Positions 57,974-64,000 of a DNA stretch of 64,000 nt are shown here, piece after piece. This DNA is from Candidatus Multivorans sp. (GTDB taxonomy: Bacteria; Acidobacteriota; Thermoanaerobaculia; Multivoradales; Multivoraceae), in NCBI GenBank assembly GCA_965247095.1, contig OZ251997.1, forward strand, positions 320,001-384,000, in the 5' to 3' direction. Within the stretch, counting starts at the first letter, position 1; every line of letters begins with the position of its first letter. The notes below the pieces were generated by a model. It did not search any database, was not told where the DNA came from, and saw only the letters and a list, made by a program, of their open reading frames with translations. Position numbers and translations under genes: made by a program.

Positions 57974-59287
57974 ATGACCGCCGGTGACACGCCCAAGTCC
58001 ATCGAACTGACCGAGCTCGACCGCGCAATGCTCGCGGGCGACCATGGCGAGGCGGCGGCGACCGCGATGCGCATCCTGGTGACGATGGCCGGGGTTTACG
58101 GCGCTCGCCGGTTGCTGGACATCGAGGGCGCCCACATCGACGGCTGCCTCTACCACGGCGACTCGGGCGTCGACTTCGCGGAGATGCTGGTGGCGGGCGG
58201 CGCCCGGGTCCGGGTGCCGACGACGCTGAACGTCGGCGGCCTGGACCTGCTGCATCCGGAGGAGTTCGCGGGCACGCCGGAGCGCCGTGCCAAGGCCCTG
58301 CGGTTGATGGAGTGCTACGAGGAGATGGGCTGCCGGACGATCTGGACCTGCGCGCCCTACCAGGCGACGCCGCGGCCGGAGTTTGGCCAGCAGGTCGCCT
58401 GGGCCGAGAGCAACGCGATCGTGTTCGCTAACTCAGTGCTGGGTGCCCGCACCCACCGTTACGGCGACTTCATCGACATCTGCGCGGCAATCACCGGTCG
58501 CGCGCCCGCGGTCGGGCTCCACCTGGAGGAGAACCGGCGCGGCCAGGTCGTGTTCGATCTGCGTTCCCTGCCGCGAAGTCTGGCGTCGGCGTCGTGGCTT
58601 CTGCCGGCAATCGGCTACCTGGTGGGGGAGCGTTGCGGCAACCGCGTGCCCGTGCTGCTCGGCCTGGAGAAGGCCGACGAGGACGGCCTGAAGGCCCTCG
58701 GCGCCGCCGCGGCGTCTTCGGGCGCGGTGGCGCTCTTCCATGCCGTGGGGATCACGCCCGAAGCGCCGACGCTCGAAGCCGCGCTCGGCGGCGGGGAGGC
58801 GGAGGAGTGGGTCGAGGTCACTGCCTCCGATCTGCGGGCCGGGCTGCGGCGCCTGTCGACCGCGGCGGGCGCCGCGGAACCGGATGGCGGCGCGAACGAC
58901 CTCCGGATCGATGTCGTGGCGCTGGGCAGTCCGCACTTCTCGCCGCGCGAGTTCGCGGAGCTGCAACCCCTTGTCGAGCGTTACCCACCCTCGAAGAGCG
59001 TGGAGTTCGTGGTGTGTACGAACCGCCTCTCGCTCGACCACCTCGAGCGGAACGGGGACCTCGAGCGGCTCCGTGGGCACGGCGTACGGGTGGTTGTCGA
59101 TACCTGCGTGGTCGTCGCGCCCATCCTGCGTACGCCGGCAGGAGGAATCCTGATGACGAACTCCGGCAAGTTCGCGCACTACGCGCCGGGCAACGTGGGC
59201 TTCGACGTCGTCTTCGGCAGCCTGTCCGAGTGCGTGCGGTCGGCTCATGCGGGCCGGCTGCGGCGCGATCCGGAGTTGTGGCCGTGA
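57974..59287 (+). CDS. Aconitase X large (catalytic, DUF521) subunit
   Basis: AHIDGCLY, TCAPY, AWAESNA..FANSVLGART, GITPEA, DTC, MTNSGKFAHY. Confidence 0.88.
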   Translation: MTAGDTPKSIELTELDRAMLAGDHGEAAATAMRILVTMAGVYGARRLLDIEGAHIDGCLYHGDSGVDFAEMLVAGGARVRVPTTLNVGGLDLLHPEEFAGTPERRAKALRLMECYEEMGCRTIWTCAPYQATPRPEFGQQVAWAESNAIVFANSVLGARTHRYGDFIDICAAITGRAPAVGLHLEENRRGQVVFDLRSLPRSLASASWLLPAIGYLVGERCGNRVPVLLGLEKADEDGLKALGAAAASSGAVALFHAVGITPEAPTLEAALGGGEAEEWVEVTASDLRAGLRRLSTAAGAAEPDGGANDLRIDVVALGSPHFSPREFAELQPLVERYPPSKSVEFVVCTNRLSLDHLERNGDLERLRGHGVRVVVDTCVVVAPILRTPAGGILMTNSGKFAHYAPGNVGFDVVFGSLSECVRSAHAGRLRRDPELWP

Positions 59288-59706
59288 GCGGCGTCGAGCT
59301 GCGAAGCCAGGTCCTGGTCGCCGGCGCCGGCGCCGGGCCGGTGCTGCGCCTGGAAGAGCCGCTCTCCTTCTGGGGCGGAGTGGACCCCATCAGCGGGCGG
59401 ATCATCGACCGGCGCCATCCCCGGTGCGGTGAGAGCGTCGCGGGCCGCGTTCTGGTCATGCCCTACGGTCGGGGATCGAGCAGTTCGAGTTCGGTGCTGC
59501 TCGAGGGCGTGCGTCTCGGCACCGCGCCGGCCGCCGTCGTGCTGCGCGAACTCGACGGCATTCTGGCCTTGGGCGCTACGGTGGCGCGGGAGCTGTACGA
59601 GAAGTCGCCGCCCGTGGTCGTCCTGTCGGCGGCGGACTGGGAGGCCCTGTGCGAAGGGGCGGAGGCGTCGGTTGACGTCAGCGGCCGTCTGCGGATCGCA
59701 GGCTGA
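59284..59706 (+). CDS. Aconitase X small (swivel, DUF126) subunit
   Basis: PLSFWGGVDP..G.IID..HP, GRGSSSSS; GTGA-coupled. Confidence 0.88.
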   Translation: MSGVELRSQVLVAGAGAGPVLRLEEPLSFWGGVDPISGRIIDRRHPRCGESVAGRVLVMPYGRGSSSSSSVLLEGVRLGTAPAAVVLRELDGILALGATVARELYEKSPPVVVLSAADWEALCEGAEASVDVSGRLRIAG

Positions 59707-60928
59707 CGTTCCAGGACGTCCACAGCCATACCTTGAAGGTGTCGCTGCTCCACTCGTCCGCGCTGTACTGCGCCAGCTTGATGCCGAAGTCCTGCTTCCA
59801 GGGGGTGTTCCAAACCGCCATCGCGTCGATCTCGGAACCGTAGTCCATGCTGCCGACCGCGGAGCGGAACTGGTGCCAGCGGAGGGTCCAGTTCCAGGCG
59901 TCCAGGTGGTGGTCCAGACGCAGGTAGAGGTCGACGAGGCCGTTGGCCGGCGTGCCGAGGAACTTGTCGGTCCAGCCGTTGAAGCCGTGCAGGGTCGCCA
60001 GGGGTGTGCGGAACCCGTAGGCGCCGTCGCCGTCCAGCGCCTCGCGCACAGCGCGCACGCTGACGTCGCCGCGGGAGAAGCCGATGCCGGCCTTCTGGTA
60101 GTCGAGGTCGACACTGCCGGGGTGGTCCGCCCAGTCCTGCTGTGCCACGTACTGGAGTTCGAACAGAACCGAGGCCGCTCCCGCGTCGTGCGAGCCGGTG
60201 TAACTGGCGCCCCAGTTGGATGTCGAGTTCGCTGCCGCGCCGGGCCGTTCGTAGTCCAGCAGGTAGCTGAACAGCGCCAGATTGCCCGGACCCGCCGGCC
60301 CCGAGACGTACAGCACGTGGGAGGCCATCGCTTCCTCGGCGCCGGTGATGCGATGGACCCGGTCGAGGAAGGCGTAGCGGAGCGTCCAGTCCGCGCCTAC
60401 CTGTGCATCCAGGGCAGCCGCGTCGAATGCCTGGTGGTGCTGGCGCCATCCGACCGCGCCGACGAAGCGCTGGTCGCCGATCAGGAGTTCGGTGCGGCCG
60501 AGAGTGAACGCGACCGGTCCGCGCTCGAGGCGGGCGGCGGCCTGGTTGATCGCCGTGAGCGCCGGATCGGCGATGACCGGGCGGTCGCGGACGCCGTTGT
60601 CGAGTCCGCCGTAGCCGAGGTTCCGGTACGTCCGGTCGTTGCCGACCGGGGTGACGTCCTCCGCCTCGAGCAGGAAGGAGAAGCCGCGGAAGGCCTTCGT
60701 CTGCAGTTTCAGGGTCGTGCGCAGGGTCGAGGCGAGCGCGGTGGCGTCGAACGCGTCGTCGTCGGATTGCTCGATCCGGTAGCGGAGACCCACCGAAACG
60801 TCCGCGTCGCGGATGGCCTGTCCGAGCGTTGCGGGCACCTGCGCTGCGGCCCCTTCGTCGCCCTGCGCGAAACCGGGCCAGACGCCGGCAAACACCGCTA
60901 GCGCAAGCAGAATCAGACACTTGCGCAT
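59678..60928 (-). CDS. Alginate export family outer-membrane beta-barrel
   Basis: Signal peptide; LRYRIE, DQRFVGAVGWRQ, FRTPLATLHGFNGWTDKF, YGSEID. Confidence 0.82.
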   Translation of the reverse strand: MRKCLILLALAVFAGVWPGFAQGDEGAAAQVPATLGQAIRDADVSVGLRYRIEQSDDDAFDATALASTLRTTLKLQTKAFRGFSFLLEAEDVTPVGNDRTYRNLGYGGLDNGVRDRPVIADPALTAINQAAARLERGPVAFTLGRTELLIGDQRFVGAVGWRQHHQAFDAAALDAQVGADWTLRYAFLDRVHRITGAEEAMASHVLYVSGPAGPGNLALFSYLLDYERPGAAANSTSNWGASYTGSHDAGAASVLFELQYVAQQDWADHPGSVDLDYQKAGIGFSRGDVSVRAVREALDGDGAYGFRTPLATLHGFNGWTDKFLGTPANGLVDLYLRLDHHLDAWNWTLRWHQFRSAVGSMDYGSEIDAMAVWNTPWKQDFGIKLAQYSADEWSSDTFKVWLWTSWNVSLRSADGR

Positions 60929-60992
60929 GGTCGGGTTGGGTACTCGGGGGGGAGATTTCGGGGGGTTCGGGCAGGTGGCGGCAGTATACACA

Positions 60993-62813
60993 TCAGTCGG
61001 TGGGCGGCCCGCCGATCCAGATGGGCGACGACCAGGCGCGTTCCTGAATCGTCGCCTGGAGCTCGGGCCTTGGTTCGACGCCGGCCTTGACGGCGTCCCA
61101 GGTCGACCAGCGGCACGTCGGGTTCTCCAGCGCCCGCAGGTAGTAGAAGGCGTGCTGCCCGGCTTCGTAGTCCGGGTCCCGCCAGAGGGCGACCAGCTCG
61201 GCCGCCCCCTTTTCGGGTGTGGTGCTGCAGTCGGATAGATCGACTTCGGCGCCGTTGTCCGGGCAGCGGTGAGTCTCGGGGTCGGGCATGCCTCCGTCGG
61301 AGCAGGCGACGTCGAACACCTGTTCCATCGCCTGCCCTGCCTTGCTCCAGCCCTTGACCACCTGCACTCGCTGCAGGGGCGTGCCGAGCGGGTCCTGGAG
61401 CGCCCAGACGAGGAATCGGGGCGCCGCGGCGCCGGGAGGGCCGGCGGGCAGTTCGCCACCCATCGGGACGCCCTCGGCGTAGGCCAGCTTGACCGCATCG
61501 TAGCGCCCGGCCAGGTCGTCAGGATAGGCGCCGGCGAAGAAGCGCACGACGATCCGGGGACCGCTGGTGGCGAAGGTCTCCTTGCGACGGAACGCGTCGT
61601 AGATCGAGTCGCGGGTGTTCTCCTCCGTCCAGACCCCGGCCAGTCCGGAGGCGCCCCAGGTCTTGTAGTAGGTAGCGGCGTAGGTGGTGACCCCGTCAGA
61701 CGACTCGAACGGCACCGAGCCGCGCAGCTTGGCGGTGGCGTCCAGGATGCCGATCTTGGCGACGAAGTTCGACTCGTCGAGAGAGGCGCCGCCGTTGTGG
61801 GTGTCGCTGGCGCCGACCAGGCCGAATTGGTAGGGGTTCAGGCCGCGCTCGGCCTGCACCTTGAGCCCTCGCTGGTATGCGTCGCGGACGTAGGAGCCGC
61901 GTGGCCTCGACTTGTTCCACTGCGCGATCCGGTAGGGCATGATCTCGAAGTCGGCCCACTCGTCGTTCGGCGACAGGAAGGGGTGGGTGTCCGACGTGCC
62001 CTTGACCTGGGTGATCTCGACCAGGGGTTCGTTCCGCATCCTGGTCTCGGCGTAGGCAGCGTCGATCGGCTCGCCGGCGAAGTTCACGAGCTGGAACATG
62101 TGGCCGTCGGAGCCGTTCGAGTTGTGGGGGATGGCGAGCGCCTCGATGCCCCTTTCCCGTAGGCCGTCCATCCATGCCCAGAGGTCTTCGGGGTTGATCG
62201 AGTCGATCCGGCCGTACGGCTGGTCCGGCACCGCGTCGCCGCGGAAGATCACGTTGCGGTGCAGGTTGCCGCCGGCGCGTCTGGACGAGTACTCGTAGGC
62301 CGGGAAGGTCGTGAAGGCGCCGGGGGCGTTGTGGCGTTCGGCGGCTTCGACAGTCCGTCTCCAGGCCGAGCGGATCACGTCGAGGTCGCGGTGCTCCCGC
62401 ACGTAGGCGCCGCTGCGGAGGGCGCGTCGCTTCTCGGCGATCGTCCGGGCCTGGGTGAAGTCGGCCGCCCGGTCGAGCCTGGACAGCGGATGGTCGGGCT
62501 GCGACATCGCCTCCAGCATGCCGAGGTAGTTCGCGTGGTCGGTGACCGCGAGGAAGTCGAGCGGCCGGTCGAGCTGGAGCTCGAAGCCGCCAGGGTGCTC
62601 GATGGGTCTGCCCTTGGCGAACTCGTAGGCGTCGTCGGGGGTGCTCCTCGTGCCGAAAATGAAGGCGTCGAACGAGTAGCGCGTGTGTACGTGCAGGTCG
62701 CCGAACAGGGCTTTCCGGTCGGCTTCGGCGGCCGCTGCGCCCGTGGCGTAGGCGCCGAGAATGGTGAGGGCGGCGGCTACTGCGGCGGCGGGGCTGACGA
62801 ACGGCTTCGGCAT
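60993..62813 (-). CDS. DUF3604 domain protein (PHP-like metallohydrolase fold), exported
   Basis: FGDLHVHTRYSFDA, AVTDHA, NLHRNV, IPHNSNGS, ASDTH, TIQERAWSSPIW. Confidence 0.88.
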   Translation of the reverse strand: MPKPFVSPAAAVAAALTILGAYATGAAAAEADRKALFGDLHVHTRYSFDAFIFGTRSTPDDAYEFAKGRPIEHPGGFELQLDRPLDFLAVTDHANYLGMLEAMSQPDHPLSRLDRAADFTQARTIAEKRRALRSGAYVREHRDLDVIRSAWRRTVEAAERHNAPGAFTTFPAYEYSSRRAGGNLHRNVIFRGDAVPDQPYGRIDSINPEDLWAWMDGLRERGIEALAIPHNSNGSDGHMFQLVNFAGEPIDAAYAETRMRNEPLVEITQVKGTSDTHPFLSPNDEWADFEIMPYRIAQWNKSRPRGSYVRDAYQRGLKVQAERGLNPYQFGLVGASDTHNGGASLDESNFVAKIGILDATAKLRGSVPFESSDGVTTYAATYYKTWGASGLAGVWTEENTRDSIYDAFRRKETFATSGPRIVVRFFAGAYPDDLAGRYDAVKLAYAEGVPMGGELPAGPPGAAAPRFLVWALQDPLGTPLQRVQVVKGWSKAGQAMEQVFDVACSDGGMPDPETHRCPDNGAEVDLSDCSTTPEKGAAELVALWRDPDYEAGQHAFYYLRALENPTCRWSTWDAVKAGVEPRPELQATIQERAWSSPIWIGGPPTD

Positions 62814-62985
62814 CGTGGGACCTCCGGTTTGTTCGCGGTGAGGGTGAGTCCGCCAGAATACCGAGACGCCGCTCTTAGGGTCTGCACCTGAGTTACACTT
62901 GCGCGCGCCGCCGGCGAGCCGAACGAGGAAGCGGTTCGTGGCGCGTGCACAGGCCCCGAACGGCACAACCCGGAGACAGGAAGAC

Positions 62986-64000
62986 ATGAAGACCGCGACC
63001 TCTCGACCCGTCCTCATCATGATTGCGGCCGCCGTTGCCCTGCCGGGCGTTGGCCTGACTGCGCCTGACGCGGACACGCCCACGTTCTACCGCGACGTGC
63101 TGCCGGTGCTGCAGGAGAACTGCCAGACCTGCCACCGGCCCGAGGGCGAGAACATCGGCGGCATGATCGCGCCGATGCCGCTGATGACGTTCCAGCAGAC
63201 CCGGCCCTGGGCGCGCTCCATCGCACGAGCGGTCGAGAACCGCACGATGCCGCCCTGGTTCGCGACCGAGGCGACCGAGGGTGAGTTCCACCACGAGCGC
63301 GTGATGTCGGACAGCGAGATCGAGACGGTTCTGGCCTGGGTCCGCGGCGGCTCACCGTCCGGCAATGAAGCGGACGCGCCGCCGTCCAGGAAGTTCGTCG
63401 AGGAGGACTCCGGCGGCTGGTCGCTCGGCCGCCCCGACTTGGTCGTGCCGATGGAGGAGGAGTACTGGGTCGCCGACGACATCGCCGACATCAACATCAA
63501 CTTCGAGGCGGAACTGACCGAGGAGATGCTGACGGCGCCGGTGTGGGTGCGCGGCGTCGAGTTCAAGGTCGGCAGCAGCAAGGTCCACCACATGTGCGCC
63601 AGTCTCCGGCCGCCGGGTGGCCAGACGGCGCTGGGCAAGTTCAGCAACAACTCGCTGGGCTGTATCGCTCTGGGCGCCGAGAGCCACCTGATGGCGCCGG
63701 GCTACGCGATGAAGCTGGAGCCGGGTTCGACGATCGAGTTCTCCCTGCACTACAACAAGGAGGCCGGGGAGGGCAGCGGCTTCTCCGATCGCTCGTCGAT
63801 CGGCTTCGTGTTCGCGGACGCTCCTGAGAGCGAGCTGCGCGAGGTGAAGTTCGATTCGATCGGCAACATCACCTTCGAGATTCCGCCGGGTCACGAGCGC
63901 TGGAAGGTCGGCGCTGCGCGAGTCTTCCCGGTCGAGACCGACATCCTGGCCTTGTGGCCGCATGCCCACCTGCGGTCGGTCGCGGTGCGCTACGACGCGT
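62986..64000 (+). CDS. Second cytochrome c + Cu monooxygenase-domain protein, 3'-truncated by window
   Basis: Absent from ORF track (no stop in window); reads MKTATSRP...PTFYRDVLPVLQENCQTCH...MPPW...VHH...HY...PHAH; paralog of 32452-33771. Confidence 0.8.
   Translation, partial: MKTATSRPVLIMIAAAVALPGVGLTAPDADTPTFYRDVLPVLQENCQTCHRPEGENIGGMIAPMPLMTFQQTRPWARSIARAVENRTMPPWFATEATEGEFHHERVMSDSEIETVLAWVRGGSPSGNEADAPPSRKFVEEDSGGWSLGRPDLVVPMEEEYWVADDIADININFEAELTEEMLTAPVWVRGVEFKVGSSKVHHMCASLRPPGGQTALGKFSNNSLGCIALGAESHLMAPGYAMKLEPGSTIEFSLHYNKEAGEGSGFSDRSSIGFVFADAPESELREVKFDSIGNITFEIPPGHERWKVGAARVFPVETDILALWPHAHLRSVAVRYDA

Overview
High-GC bacterial chromosomal window, densely coding, with about 47 real genes. 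The gene content suggests an Acidobacteriota/PVC-like heterotroph (inference only). I found no rRNA, tRNA, CRISPR array, integrase or transposase. It carries catabolic and periplasmic enzymes (acyl-CoA ligases, a single-chain carboxylase, a haloalkane dehalogenase, LLM oxidoreductases, serine hydrolases, peptidases, a Cu amine oxidase, AcnX), several exported heme/Cu proteins, an RND pump and three different VapBC toxin-antitoxin pairs. The strongest candidate for a poorly described system is the nitrogen locus at 39.2-47.5 kb. There a GlnE adenylyltransferase has a GlnD-type tandem ACT module inserted between its two nucleotidyltransferase halves. It faces an amtB-glnK operon whose PII has Glu in place of the uridylylated Tyr51, which suggests nitrogen sensing that bypasses GlnD. 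The intergenic DNA holds a nested set of small non-autonomous elements. One is a 68-bp two-hairpin element inserted after GAAC inside REP and inverted-repeat hosts, with an empty host also present in the window. Another is a 53-bp CTAG-flanked MITE-like element that sits on stop codons. There is also a candidate structured RNA upstream of the HPF/RaiA gene, and many genes show a leaderless -10 architecture. All product calls rest on motifs recognised by eye; no database search was run.
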